From NCBI GenBank assembly GCA_001687465.1, contig LVLI01000214.1:62001-126000 (forward strand): 64,000 nucleotides of DNA, written 5' to 3'. This stretch comes from Halocafeteria seosinensis (lineage: Eukaryota). Made by a program: the position numbers and the translations under genes. Below, one piece after another: positions 12,051 to 25,500 of this stretch. The first letter of the stretch is position 1; each line of letters opens with the position of its first letter. A model generated the notes under the pieces. The model was not told the origin of the DNA and searched no databases. It worked only from the letters and a program-made list of their open reading frames with translations.

Positions 12051-12702
12051 TCACTTTTTGTTTCCGCACAACAAGTTGATATAATCCTCATAATAGATTT
12101 TGCCTGTTTGAGGGTCTTTGGCGACCGATAGGAACGCTGTACAGAAAAGGGAGTACTTAAATCGATCACACAGTTCGTGTGTATACACCAATGTACACTG
12201 AGACTTACATTCTAGCTCCTTATCCAAGAATGGCTCCTGGTCATTAGATTGCAGCAATTCCACCATTTTATCGGCATCTACAGTTCCCGTATCATCGGGA
12301 TCGAATACCTGAGAATTCATGACCAATGTACTGACCTCAGTTGGTTTTCCACGGTGCCGTCATTGAACTTACTCTGAATGCTTGCAATAGTCGTTCTTCT
12401 CCATCCGGCGCGAACTCGTTGTTGTCGAGATAGTTCAGAATTTCTCCTTCAAAGTTCGCGTAATGCACGACGTCACTGGGTTCGTCCCCTTGCATCGCCG
12501 GTAAAATAGTTTGGATAACGTCTTTCTGGGTGGGAAAGAGTCCCAAATAGCGCATTATCGTGGGGACTTCAGCTTCGGGGACGATATTCTGTTGATCCAT
12601 GTCAAACAAAGAAAACGCCTGTTGGATCACTTTTTTTCTCTCATAATCATCTTTGCAGGCGTGAATATCCGGTATTTCCCGGGAATCGCCTCCTTCCGCC
12701 AT
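12051..12702 (-). CDS. EFCAB2: EF-hand protein EFCAB2 / dynein regulatory complex subunit 8
   Basis: AFSLFD...EVPTIMRYLGLFPTQ...LLQAFR|VFD...AKDPQTGKIYYEDY. Exons 12702-12373, 12308-12209 and 12136-12051. Confidence 0.75.
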
Positions 12703-12999
12703 TCTATCTGCCGTACGCAAGCAGACGTCGTTCGCTATACTCAATGAAGAAGAAGAAAATAATTACGCAAATTCTGTAAACCAATGCTCGGAGTCAAATC
12801 GCCAATACAATCGAAACAAGACTAAATTAAGCTCGAACGAGTCTTAACGCATAATTTTGTGAAGATGAGTCTGGATTTGGTGGAATTCAAACCATTACGT
12901 TTCAAACGATTGATAATGAGGAGGAAGATATCATAGAGAAAAGTGTCATGAATGCAATTGCTGCTAGGTACAAGTTGAGTGTTTAGAGTTTGTGGCCAC

Positions 13000-15384
13000 C
13001 TACGTCCCCGAAACAAGGGACTCATACCTGCCGGCTAACTTGTTTTGTGTTTCCGAAAGCTCAGCACCTTCTAGAAGGGAGTAACCTACTCCACGAGATA
13101 ACTCATTGTCTATGCGATTCAGTAGTCCACGGTTGGCGGACGCTTTCTGGAAACTGTTGGACACGTTATATACCGCGGGAGCGAAGTTCCTTCCAATTTC
13201 CAAGTGGACAAGAGTCGAAAATGATTCCGGGAAATCAGTGCCACTAGAAGTGTGCCTGGAAGCCATATTTCCAGTGCCCAATCGGTCCTGCATATGTGCT
13301 TCAGCTCGCGTCTTGTACAGTCCATCTTCTGTAGGTAGATTGAGTCCCAAATCGTCCCCGGGACGGCATGGGTAGGGCTTCAAATTCCAACCACATCGGA
13401 TCCCATTCAATATAACACCGCCTTCATCAGAGTATCCATCAGCCAAACCAGAATTCGGAAAAGAGCTCAGACCATTCCTGCGTCCGGTCGACCCAGGGAC
13501 TTTGCTGCCGCGGAACAGACCCCTGGGGAAACTCAACGGTACTCTCAATGGGTCTGACACAATACAACTACTGACAGAAGCCATAGAAGGTGCCGTTCTA
13601 CTGAGATAATTGTCCAACGCTCGATATGTCATTTGCGAGATATTTTGTGCCCCTCGAAGCACCAGCTGCTGAGACGCACCCGGATACTGATATTCCTTCA
13701 AATCCGACGAGGTCATGTCATGTGCATGCGACATTGGAGTAAGCTGCTCCACAGGCAGGCTATGTAAACTGTCGGACTGATCGAGGAGCTCATGTAGCCG
13801 CGTTGCAGATATCCGAGGATGAGGAAACGGAAGAGCAGCAGATAGAGACGCTACATTCATATCAGAGGAACCACGAACAGAATTAATTACTTCATCCATT
13901 TCGGCGCCGTTGCGCAAACAAGAGAAGGGTGCCAATGTACTACCCTCAACGCTACTATGGGGGTAGCTCCTGTCCGATCTGCCGTGTGTTTGCTCTTGCC
14001 CATGGGCATTCGTCGTCTCCTCCGTAAAGTTTCTCCGGTGGCGAAACGTAGACGTCCATGTATCCATCGCACTAGCTAAAATGGCTGTCGTTTGATAGTG
14101 GGATTCAATGTTGGGCTCTTGCAAAAAGGGAAACCAAGCCCCGCACTCTTTGTTGGCGTTGTCGAAACTACTGCGATCAAGCGAGTCGGCTAGTTTGTGT
14201 CGTCGATTGATAGCTCCTGCTAAAGGCTGTACGGACAAAGGTACGACTAACGAGGAGACTGCGGATAATCCTTCCCATGTGAGCCCGATGTTTAGATCCC
14301 TCAGGGACTGGCGATCACTTAAGCTCAGCTGAGTAGATCGAGAATAATGATGATCATAGGTCTTCACGTGCGTTTTTAGAGGAAACGGAGACAGGGTAGG
14401 AAAACTTAAGATCGGCTTTTTTGGTGTTTCCTCTGCTAGGTATTGTAGATAACCGACAGCAAACCCGCCCCATCCTGAATCTACGTCTATCAAAGTTTGA
14501 CACCCTTGGTACGAGTCACACTCCTCCAACCATTTTCGGACCGCATCCAACGAATCTTCCATGTCAAACTCCGAGGACGAGTGGAGATTGTTCGAAGTCA
14601 TCATTTCTTCTCCTTGGAAATACGATATAAAATCACCGCTCTGAATGGACGGTCCAATAGTGTAAACGCTGCTAGAATGTAAATTGGCCTTCAAAAAAGA
14701 TGGCCAACAACTGTTGTCCACCGTTCTATCTAATTCGAATTCGGGAATGGTTTCAGAATCCTCATGATCTTGAGAATTCTGATGGCCACTTTGTTGAGAG
14801 TCTCCTTGGTACAAATACTGTTGAAATGCGTTTGCTGAAGGTGGTTGGGAGGTGAATATGTCCACGTTTCCCGTGTCCCTGTAATGACAAATTCACAGAC
14901 TCAAAAATGCCATACCATATGGATTCTAAGGAATCAGCTGCCGTGAACGTACCAAGTTTCAATGGAATCCTCTGGGGCTGGTGTTTCAAATTGATCCTTC
15001 GTGAACATTCTTCCTTTCTCATGGTTATATCCCACAACATTGTCGCGGCAATCGAACGCCAATAGACGCGGCGTATACACCTCGTTGCTCTGTGAAGAGG
15101 AAGATCATCATTGATGCACACAATACGGAGGCCGTGCATGGCACCTACATGGTGATCCAGTCCACATCGATAAAGACAACTCCCCATTAGCTCCTCTGCT
15201 CCTCTCGTGTCTGGTTGCTGAGCCCCATAATAGTCATCCTGCAATTCATAAGAGACTCGTGGTGCTGCTCGTCGCAGAAGAACTGCTGTGTATATGGACT
15301 TACCTGAGCATTCCAGAAATGTGTCCCCACAAAATTGGCATAAGTGCCAAATTGCAGGGTTAATATCTCTTTCCCAGCAGCCAT
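13000..15384 (-). CDS. MSTO1: Misato/DML1 tubulin-like protein
   Basis: N-terminal KEILTLQFGTYANFVGTHFWNAQ, spliced YTPRLLAFD, and VRKWLEECDSYQGCQTLIDVDSGWGGF. Three short introns near the 5' end. Confidence 0.9.
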
Positions 15385-15553
15385 ACTCCAAGATCGTTCA
15401 TCTATTAGGTCATCAATGAAACAAACAGTGAAACTAAAGTGTGTGTATTGTATAATAAAGCCTATCATTCCGACAGACACAGCCACTTCACAACACTCAG
15501 GTGGCGAAAGTACAAGGTTGAGTTTCAACGTCCACAAATGGCATGGATACGAT

Positions 15554-17542
15554 CTAGTAACGAGTTTCCTCTTTGGGGAGTAACTTGGCACGGTAAATTC
15601 CGAGAATATTCATCTCCTCTTCCAACGCTTCCACCAAGGCAAGTTCATCATTTGGATCAATACTTTGGGCAATATCCGGCGGCATGATGACTTCTTTCTG
15701 ACGTCCACTCTTAAGTGTCACCTGAACGCGCAAGGATCCATCATCATGCACTTCCTCACAACCCGGCAACTTCCAGACGTTTCGCATCATGCTTTCAAAT
15801 TCAAATGTCGATTCCATCCCTGCAGCCAGATCCTTATAATAGCTTTCGAACTGCTCGTAGGTGATAGGTTCACGCGATGACTTGCAAGCCCAATGGGAAG
15901 CAAAATCTTCGAGATTGGCTTCGAAACGAGCGACACGCTCATTCTCATGAGCAGATAATTTGCGATTAGGCAGAGACTCGGAAAGAGATGTCAAGGACCC
16001 AAAAGTGCTCCCGGCTTGAAGCGTTAGACCAAATGGTTTTTCTCGTGGATGATACTTCGCATCATACCGCTCTACCATCTTTTCAAGCGTTACTTCACCA
16101 TTGCATTCATGTTGTAGCTTTTCCCAAGCTTCGCTAATGACATCATCGCAAGAGGAGGGCAGTTCCCCACGCAACGCTTGAATGACATCGTACATCGATA
16201 CAACACCCAACCGCTTAGTATCGAACCTGTTCAAAAAAATCTTGAACTCCTCTTCTGTCCAATCTCAAATAAATGGAGAATCGCTTGTAATACGCAAGGA
16301 TAGCATGCAGATATACTCTCCCGTCTTAACTTACCATTCAGTTTTACACCCATATCAAAGAGTCCCCATTTCAGATCCTCTCTATCCAATGCCCCTTCGC
16401 CCGTATCATCAATCTTATTGAAGAGATTGCGCAGCTCATTGAGTCCGTAACAATTGGAGGAAGTGAGCATGTTCCTAACACGTTCGACAATGGTATCCGC
16501 ATCGAGAACGCGGTAGTGCTCGCTCTCGTCCTCTTCAGGCGGAGTGCTGGCGGTCACAAATCGCCATCTGTTCGGAGCTTGTGCAGGTCGCGGTCTACTG
16601 GTATCCCATCGGTTCACCGGTTTGTGGAAAAATCCATGAACAACGAGTTCAGGTCCCCAGTCAGTTCTGCATATACGGACCCAAAAGTGCTCACTACGTG
16701 ACAAACTAAGCCTATGGCGACTTAGGGCACTTACGGTGTTTTGTGATCCAATGATCCTCCAAGAGGTTGGTTGGATGCGCAATGTACTACCTGTACTGGC
16801 TCACCTACCGGAACGGGCAGTCCTTCGTACGCCAAATGGTCGCCATTGGCTGGAAGTATGGACCAGTACGTTTCAGATCCCGATTCCAGTGAGAGACATA
16901 CTTCATTCCGGTTACCTGATCCGCAACCGATGATGTTATCTGGACGTTCCGATTTCAGTAGGTAAGGTGGCGCAACAATGTTCGTCTTCACGTCTAGCCG
17001 GAGGCGAGGATGAGACGTCAAACAGAATATATCTCCGTATCTTAATATGTCATCTGTTTTCTTATTTGAGTCCTTCTTGTTCTCAGGGCGCGCAATCACC
17101 CACGTGTTCCTCGCTACGGGTTTATCCAGCGTCGTTGCCGTGCACGCCACCGTTTTCTTCACGTGGTCGACGACATCCCAGAGATTGTTGGCAAGGTAGT
17201 GTATGTGCTTTTTTCCATAGAAATCTTCTTCCTCCACTTTCAGCATAATCGTATCTCCAAATCGAAGTCTCCCATCTGATGAATATGAAATTTGCACCTG
17301 TATGAAAGCAATGAGGCATCTAAAGTGCGCTTTACGACTGTGGTGGGCGTTGAACGTACTGGCGCCAAAGCTACGTCATCTCTCTGTTTTTTCTGTGTCG
17401 TTAACAATTTGCCTTGAGATCTCCGCTTCTCATACTCCATTTTTTCCGTTTCCTCTCTGGCCATATCTTCGCTATAGTTCCCCAATTTCACTTTGGAGGA
17501 GTACTTGGGCCCTCCCGACATCTGCTGGCTTGTGAACTCCAT
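15554..17542 (-). CDS. CFAP161-like domain fused to a calcyphosin-like EF-hand module
   Basis: KYSSKVKLGNYSED, LRFGDTIML, PVARNTW, LRYGD and TDWGPE...NRWRFVT (CFAP161), joined through GT-AG introns to LFNKIDDTGEGALDREDL, ALRGEL, YDAKYHP and FESYYKDL...MMRNVW (calcyphosin). Confidence 0.75.
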
Positions 17543-17715
17543 ATTCGGCGCTCTTTCTCGTTTATTATGCGCCTGCTCCTCAGCATAAACTGTTACACAG
17601 TAGCTCAACAAACTTATTCCACTTGTGATGATCGACCAGTGTAATTAGATGTTCGTCACACGAACGGGAAAACGCAGCTAAATGGTATCCATTGCTCGCT
17701 AACGGCCATCGGAAA

Positions 17716-17732
17716 CCGGGCCGACGGCCCGG
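17716..17732. repeat. GC-rich inverted repeat CCGGGCCG-A-CGGCCCGG
   Basis: 8-bp arms around one base, about 175 bp upstream of the CFAP161-like start. Confidence 0.7.
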
Positions 17733-18396
17733 ACCGGCGCGCGTTTGTTGAAGTACAGCGTGGCGGGCAGACTCTCTGCAGAGTTGACTTAATGAAACGG
17801 GTCATTCGGATTAGATGTCTTGTCAGTTGGTGCCACAGTTATTTGGAAGCCAAGATCTGCACCATTCATTCCGGAACTAGCTATACTTCGTGACTGCGTC
17901 GATGACCGCTGCAAATTCATCGGACTACCTGGTAATGTTGAACAGAGTGCTACACAACTGAGAATCGGTTCAATTCAAAACGACGACGGACATTATATTT
18001 TGGAGCTGTAAGCTATTGATCATACCGGAATGTTCTAGTGTTGAGTGTTACAATGCTATTTGGGCACAAGCCTCAAGGACTGAATCTCTACGAAGTGAAC
18101 CATCCCCAGTCTCCCATTTGTGGCGCTCCTAAGGCTAATCAAACACAGCGAGCGAGCTTATGACGGTCAAAAAACATTCAACACCACCTAAACCTTAATT
18201 GGCTCATATGTGTATCGGAGGTCAAGGAGGCTGTGACGGACTCGCGCACAAGCGCCGGAAACGTCCTCATTCCCAGCCCGATACTAACAAATTACTGGAT
18301 TAAATTTCGCTGAGTTTCTAAATTCATAACAAACAACTACTAGCGCATTTTCTCTTGACTGAAGAAGAACTTCTGAAGAATTTCGTTCGTAGCTTC

Positions 18397-19613
18397 TTAA
18401 CTCAATTCACCGCAACGGAACAGCACCATGTCATAAATAGAAAGGTTAGAAACACCACATTTCTCAGACGCTTTATCAAGCCACTGCTCCACAGTGAGAT
18501 CGTCTTTCTCGCCAACAAGGAAATGTTGTTGCAGAAGACAGTTTTCGGAGTAAAATTTCTTCATTCTACCTTCAACAATTTTTTCTATCACGGCTGCTGG
18601 TTTATTCATCTCCTTGATTTGTTCTCGCAAGATGTTTTTCTCCTGCTCAACCTTTTCTGAAGGGACGTCATCGCTACTTATGTAGCTCGGTTGAGCCGCC
18701 GCCACATGCATAGACAGTTTCCTGGCGGTTTCCTCCAGTTCTGTCTTAGCCTGCTCTTGCAGGCTATTGAAACCGGGAACGTTCAACGCTACTGCCCCGA
18801 CGATCTTACCCGAATCCGTTCCCATTGCATTGTGAACGTATCTGGAATCAGCGACCTCCAAACCTACTCCGCAAGAAAGAAGAGATAGCACGGTGCAACT
18901 TACTTCGACACGATACCTTCAGGCGTGCTCACGTTATGCAGGCGTCGTAAAACAATATTCTCCCCTATCTTCCCAATAGCTTCTTTGATGCCTTCCTGTA
19001 CGGTGCAGTCCATTCCTTGGGTATCGCCTCCTTCCAGTTTCTTATCTCTCAGTTGATCAATGTCCACAAGATTTTCTCGCAAGGCGGTAGCGAGAAGCTT
19101 ACTGACGAATTCTTGGAAGGTTGGACTCTTGGCTACAAAATCAGTTTCGCTGTTCACCTGCAATGTGACAGAACGGGCACTTTGTATTGTTTCCAGTAAG
19201 GTTAGTGGAAACAGACGCTAACCAACCTCAGCTAAGAAAGCCTGCTTCTTATCTTCACTAATAGCGGCGCCCACAACTCCATCAGCGGCAGTACGCCCGC
19301 TCTTTTTGTCAGCATTGGCCATGCCTTTCTTACGTAACCACTCCAATGCCTTGTCGAAGTCGCCCTGGACTTGCTCGTCTTGCAGTGCACGCTTGCAGTC
19401 CATCATCGGTGCCCCTGTTGTCTGCCGTAGCTGTCGGATATCCTCGGCTGACACACCAGTCGAGCTCGACATGGCTCTACATCCTTGTCTAGGGTGGACC
19501 ATATCCCTGGGTAAAGGGCTGAATAAGCTCTGTACAGCTCCCAAACCACATGGCAGGGTGCTGCGGCTGTAGCTCAGTTTGGAGACAGTACGAGAAAGGG
19601 ATCCTCGTATCAT
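18397..19613 (-). CDS. TSFM: Mitochondrial elongation factor Ts
   Basis: R/S-rich presequence, LRQTTGAPMMDCKRAL, E|VNSETDFVA, KIGENIVLRR, MHVAAAQP, EKIVEGRMKKFY. Two introns. Confidence 0.95.
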
Positions 19614-19878
19614 CGTTCGCAGTCAATGTGGGGGGGATAAATTAATAATCCATAGCAGAGAGGAAGCTGAAAGCAACAAATCAGCGCTGGACTGTAGTAC
19701 CATATAATGGTATGTACATGTGGTGTGTGAATTTGAGTCAGTGGAAGTCAGCCATGTATATGGAATCGTTTTTGCATGACCTGGTTTGTTTGGATTGCGC
19801 TACCTTTAGAACTCTCCTACAAAGGTGGAACTTGACTTGTTTTTTCATTTCTTTTATCCTAAAGTTTATCTCAACAAG

Positions 19879-21996
19879 ATGAAGCTTGTCCGCCCGGTGT
19901 TCTCACGCGCCACAACGGGGAGATTGGCTGCTCCCAGAACGCTAGGCGTCTCACATGTACCCAAGATGGTCTCAGGGCATAGCATGATGAATGCCACTTG
20001 CATGAGTACAGGTGCTTCTCGAGCTCCAGCGGTATGTGCGATACATAGCTCCCCAAAAGAATAGCGCGGTGTTCTCGGCCCTTTTGACTCCATTCATTCT
20101 GCTTTGGGCCTTTATTCTGCCATACAGTGGGTAGAAGAGATGAATGCGCCTTTGGAAAAGACAGACCCTGAGCTTATGGACATTATTGAGAGGGAAAAGC
20201 AGCGCCAGAGAACGAATTTGGTACTAATTGCGTCAGAGGTACGTGCCAACTGGAAGTTCTTACGACAGTCGTCGACCTGAAGTCTACACAAGCTGGCTAT
20301 ACATGACAGAATTTCACCTCGCAATCCGTGTTCGATGCTTTGGGGTCTGTCCTCTCTAATAAGTATAGTGAAGGGTATCCTGGTGCTAGATACTATGGTG
20401 GCAATGAGTACATTGACATGGCTGAAAGACTATGCCAGCAAAGAGCCTTGGAAGCCTTCAACCTCGATCCGGAGAAGTGGGGTGTAAATGTACAAAGTCT
20501 TTCAGGAACTCCTGCAAACTTTCAAGTCTATACAGCTCTCTTGCAACCTCACGAACGAATCATGGCCCTAGATTTGCCCCACGGAGGACAGTAAGTAGTC
20601 AACACGTAGTCTTGTGTGATAAATACGCGGTCTTCATCCTTTTGTTTGCAGCCTCTCGCATGGCTACCAGACCGACAAGAAGAAAATATCCTCCGTTTCC
20701 ATTTTCTTTGAGACCTTCCCTTACCGTTTGAATGAGGTACGCTTGCTCAATTGAATTTCGTTTTGATGGAGAATCAGTCTGCACATCCTTCATTTCAGGA
20801 AACCGGTACCATCGACTACGATAAACTCGAAGAATATGCTTCTCTTTACCGCCCGAAAATGATTATCGCCGGTGCATCTGCATACTCGCGACTCATCGGT
20901 AGGTAGATTTATTCTTTACGTCGCTTCCATCTGAGGACACAGGTTCGGTATATTTTTTGTCAGATTATGAGCGAATAAAGCAAATTGCTGATAAGCACGA
21001 CGCCTACTTGCTCTCGGACATGGCTCACATTTCCGGACTTGTTGCCGGAGAGGCAATTCCTAGTCCTTTCGAGTATAGCGATGTTGTTACAACGACAACA
21101 GTAAGATTGATGTCGTATTTGGAAAAAGAAGACAAGTTTCCATTTTTCTTTTTGAAACGCAGCACAAGAGTCTTCGAGGACCCCGTGGAGCAATGATCTT
21201 TTATCGGAAAGGAATTAGAAAGACAACCAAGAAGGGTGAAGAAATACCTTATGACCTAGAAAATCGAATCAACTTCTCCGTCTTTCCGGGTTCCCAAGGC
21301 GGACCTCACAATCACACGATTGCTGCATTGGCTACTGCGTTGAAGCAAGCAAGCTCGCCTTCTTTTAAAGAGTATCAACAACAGGTTGTGCGGAATGCCA
21401 AGCAGTTTGCCAAAACGCTATCTGATAAAGGATATAACCTGGTTTCAGGAGGAACCGACAACCATCTGTTGCTTGTCGACCTCAGGTCGAAGGATATTGA
21501 TGGCGCCAGAGTGGAGAAAATATGTGAGAGCATAGGCCTTGTCGTGAACAAGAACACTGTGCCGGGTGATGTCAGTGCAATGGTGCCTAGTGGCATTCGA
21601 ATGGGTATGTTCAGAGAGTTTGGTTCGCTTGTAGCTGCTGAGTGAATTCATAGTCCTCCGGTTTTGTTCCCCGCAGGCACTCCTGCTTTGACTACGCGCG
21701 GGCTGCAAGAGGCGGAATTTGAGCAAGTGGCGCACTACTTCGATGAAGCAGTGAAGCTGGCAAAAGAAATTAAGTCTAGTCTTGAGAGTACGTGTTCGAA
21801 TCGGTTGTGACTATTCCTATCTCGAAAACAATTGCATCTTCTATGATCTACAGGTAAAAAAGTAAAAGACTTCAAGGCTCACGTGGATGAGTCACCGCCT
21901 GCAAAGCTAGCAGAATTACGAGAGCAAGTTCAGTCTTTCTCGGTACAATTTCCGGCGATTGGATTCAGCGAGGATAAGATGAGGTACCATGACTAA
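19879..21996 (+). CDS. SHMT: Serine hydroxymethyltransferase, probably mitochondrial
   Basis: [52 protein letters not shown] and SGGTDNH. R/S/T-rich presequence; eight short introns. Confidence 0.96.
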
Positions 21997-22571
21997 CTTT
22001 GGTCATGGTTTTTCCCTTTACATGAATTGCATCAGGACAAGTAGTATTTAATATTACGTTCCTTCCGCATCTTCTGCGGAGTTCTGTTAAAGTAGCAACC
22101 GACCCTTCGCCGTTTGTTTATAGGCATAGTCCACTTGACTGCCACTCATGCATGCACCATTCCACGTTTCCCCCTCTTGTAGCTGGAGTGCAGACTACAC
22201 TTTGAAACCTGTGATCATGTGGCACTGTGCGGTACAATTGTAGTCAGCGCCCCAGTTTGGGCAGACTGGGCCCCAGACAATGAGGCTGTCCTGAACCGTT
22301 CCACGCTCAGCCGCAGGTTCAAGATGCGGAACCACTTGATTGACTTTGGACGCGTTGATTGATGTGCATTGAGTACCAAAACAATGTTTATAGACTGATA
22401 CGCAAAATCTGAAGTTCTTGTGTGTAATTAATGTATCCCCCGGCTTGAGCGTCCGTGGCTTGAACTTCACCTGTAGCGTTTGAAGGTTCTTCGGTGGCTT
22501 CTTCGGTATCGTAAATCAGACAGTGGAACGCAGTTTTAGGGGTAGCTAGGTTAAGGTCACCGAAATAGCGG

Positions 22572-25500
22572 ATGCGCGTCGCGGCTGCCCTTGTTGCTCT
22601 GTTGGTTTGGGGCAACTTTGCTCTTTGCAACGGGCAAGTGATCCGTGAAATCAAGCCAGCTCGCGGTGGAGTGGCCGGAGGCACAGAGGTAAGAATCATT
22701 CAGTCCCTGTTTCTGGTCCGTACTCCCTGTGCAATACTTCATCTCTATTCAGATAACAATCATTGGCTCTGGATTCGAAAGAAAGGGCCTGGAAGGAATT
22801 ACTGCCGTTTTCATAGGGAACGACATTTGTACCCGCAAGGAGTATGACTCTTCTGATACACAAATTGTTTGCTACACTCCTCCCTCGGGTACGTACCAAT
22901 GGAAGTGGCGAAAATGCATCGTACACTAGAAAGTACGGAGGCACGCTATCTTGCAGATGGCAACGAATTTCGCACACTAAAGGTGGAACTGGTGGGTTTT
23001 GCTCTGGCAAAGACGGCCGCCTGTAAAACAAACTGCGTCTTCAGAACGCATTGGAATTGGACACCCAAAGTGTACGAACACACTCTGGGAGGCTATGCTT
23101 GGACCACGTTTGCGGCAGACGGGAAACTTGTACGTAATTGTCGCTCTTTCCTGTAGCACATGCACGCAAACAGCCGGCTCCTTTTGCGCTACAGTTGTCT
23201 AATGATTATGGAGACTATAACATGATTTTATCTCATCAAAAATGCCGTTTTGAAGAAGGAACAGTAACCAGAAATGGTTGGGTAAGTTGTATCGTCGGGG
23301 ATGGAATTGTAGGAAGACACAATTTCACCCTCAGGGTCGACCACAACCATTTGGGATACGGGGAGCCCTATTATGGAAGGAACACTGGACAAGTTGGCCT
23401 TGATGGCACTCGATTTCAGTACACATTGCATCCGCACATAGCTGAGGTATCACACAACGCAGGTGGTGTAAATGGAGGCGCGCGAGTCACTTTGAAAACG
23501 TTCGGCTTTAGTTACAACCTTGATGAAAATGTTGTCCATTTGGCTGGAGTTCCATGTAAAGTGATTTCCGTCGACACTCCGCAAGAACCTTACCTTGCTC
23601 AAGAGGTTACATGTGTTTCTGGTGGGGAGAGCAATGTCGACGGGGCGAACTCTAACTCCCCCGGAAGGGGGATGATAGTGCAAGTGTATGCCGGCACGAA
23701 TCGTAACCTACAGTTCTACACGGAAGATATACCAGTTAAAGCACGACATTTACAGACTGGACAGTTTGGTGGTGCTTTCTTCGGAAGCCATAATGCAGGG
23801 AACCATTATACACAAATAATAGAGGGTCTGTTTTGCCCACCTTTTAGTGGGTATTACACCTGGTACGTGCGGGGAGACGACTATAACGACGTTTGGATTT
23901 CAACCGATGAAACCCGTGCGAATCTTCGTAAAGTCGCGGTAAGCCCCCGACATACGGACTGGTTTTACAGTGAGCCTTCTCAGCGGTCTCCCCCTTTATG
24001 GCTAAACGCCAGTGAACGTTATTACGTTGCATCGTTGCACACTGAACATGGGGGCAAAGATTACCATAGTGTTGGTCTGCGTCTAAGCGGTGCCGCTGCC
24101 AACTTTACAAATCTTCAAAAAGATCAAAGTGTGTATGAAGTCCAAGAATACTTCATACGTAGCAATGTAATCATGGAAGAGCAGGAAATCATCCTGGATG
24201 GAGTGATCAACGGCACCTTCGGGCTGGCCAGACCGCAGAGTTTTATCTGCGGACAAATGGAGCTAAATCTAAGCCACTCCATCAGCTCTATCGAAGAGCA
24301 AGCTGCTGGATTCGCCGAGAGACTTACGGCGCCTTCTGACATGGAGAGCTGCGGGCCTCGTGAAAAGGCCTCGCTGCGCTGCGACAGTGTTTCTGTGAAA
24401 GTACGGAAACTGTTCAACGCAACCGAGTTTAGAGGATGGTCTCTGCATTTCAAATTTAACTGCCCTACCCTATCCTCGTTTCCACTTTTGGAGGTCGTGC
24501 GAGAAAATTTGCTACCGATACCCGGAAGATCCGTTTCCATATTGGACAAGAACCGGGTTAGGGATGCTACACCGCCCGTGCGTGGAAGTTATACTTTGTG
24601 TCTTGGAGCCTATTGCAGCAGTCCGATAGGGTACAACTGGCATCCTAGTAAAGTCGAAGCCGTAATGGAAGAAATGCCCAACATTGAAGACGTACATGTT
24701 CGGAGAACGGGAGGCTCAGCAGATCATGGTTTCGTCTATCATGTACAGTTTCTCCGTCCCTACGGACAAGTTCCGCTTCTGGAACCCGATACTGGAGAAC
24801 TTACTGGTGCAAGCGTGTATATGAATGCTACAGTTGTCGAAGAAGGTGCAGAACTAGATGTCTTCTACGAGACTGTACCTATGGATTGGTTCACAATGCC
24901 TCCAAAAGCTTCCGGAAGTGTTAACGCTGCGGTGCAAGGGATACCAAGTTCATGCGATGTTAGATCAAATGGAGGATGCACATGGGAGTATCGAGATGAC
25001 CTCACTCCTTTCATCTATTCTGTTACTCCCAGTTATGCCAATGTAGGTGATTTAATCGTAATTAAAGGAGGTAGGTTTGGGAAGACGCCAGAGCTTAACA
25101 ATGTGCAAATTGGGGAGGGTATCTGCGAAGTAACTGTAGCAACCGCTGACGAACTTCAGTGTACTCTCAATCATACAAATGCGGGTGAACATGAAGTTGA
25201 TCTCATTGTAGGGGATGGGAAGGGTAAAGCTACATTGGTAAATGATAGCGGCATCGTTACCGTAGAAATGGCGATACTTGGCTATTCTCCTAGCAGGGGG
25301 TCCGTCGCTGGAGGTTCAGTAGTCAACATTACCGGTACCGGCTTTTCCACGGCTAATTCTGGTCTGTCAAATACCGTCGAGATGCTAGTGAATGGCACGA
25401 CTCGTTTATGTCACGTATTATACTCTGCTCATATGGTGCTTACCGTCGAAACTCCAAGTATAATGGATATCATGCCAGCAGGCATTCCAGGACTGGAGGG

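Noticed and set aside
17820..18011. Small ORF between the CFAP161-like gene and EF-Ts
   Set aside because: No ATG start, no recognisable motif, no convincing splice model.
22195..22470. 91-aa minus-strand ORF between SHMT and the fibrocystin-like gene
   Set aside because: GTG start, no recognised domain, little room for an upstream exon; cannot be supported without transcripts.
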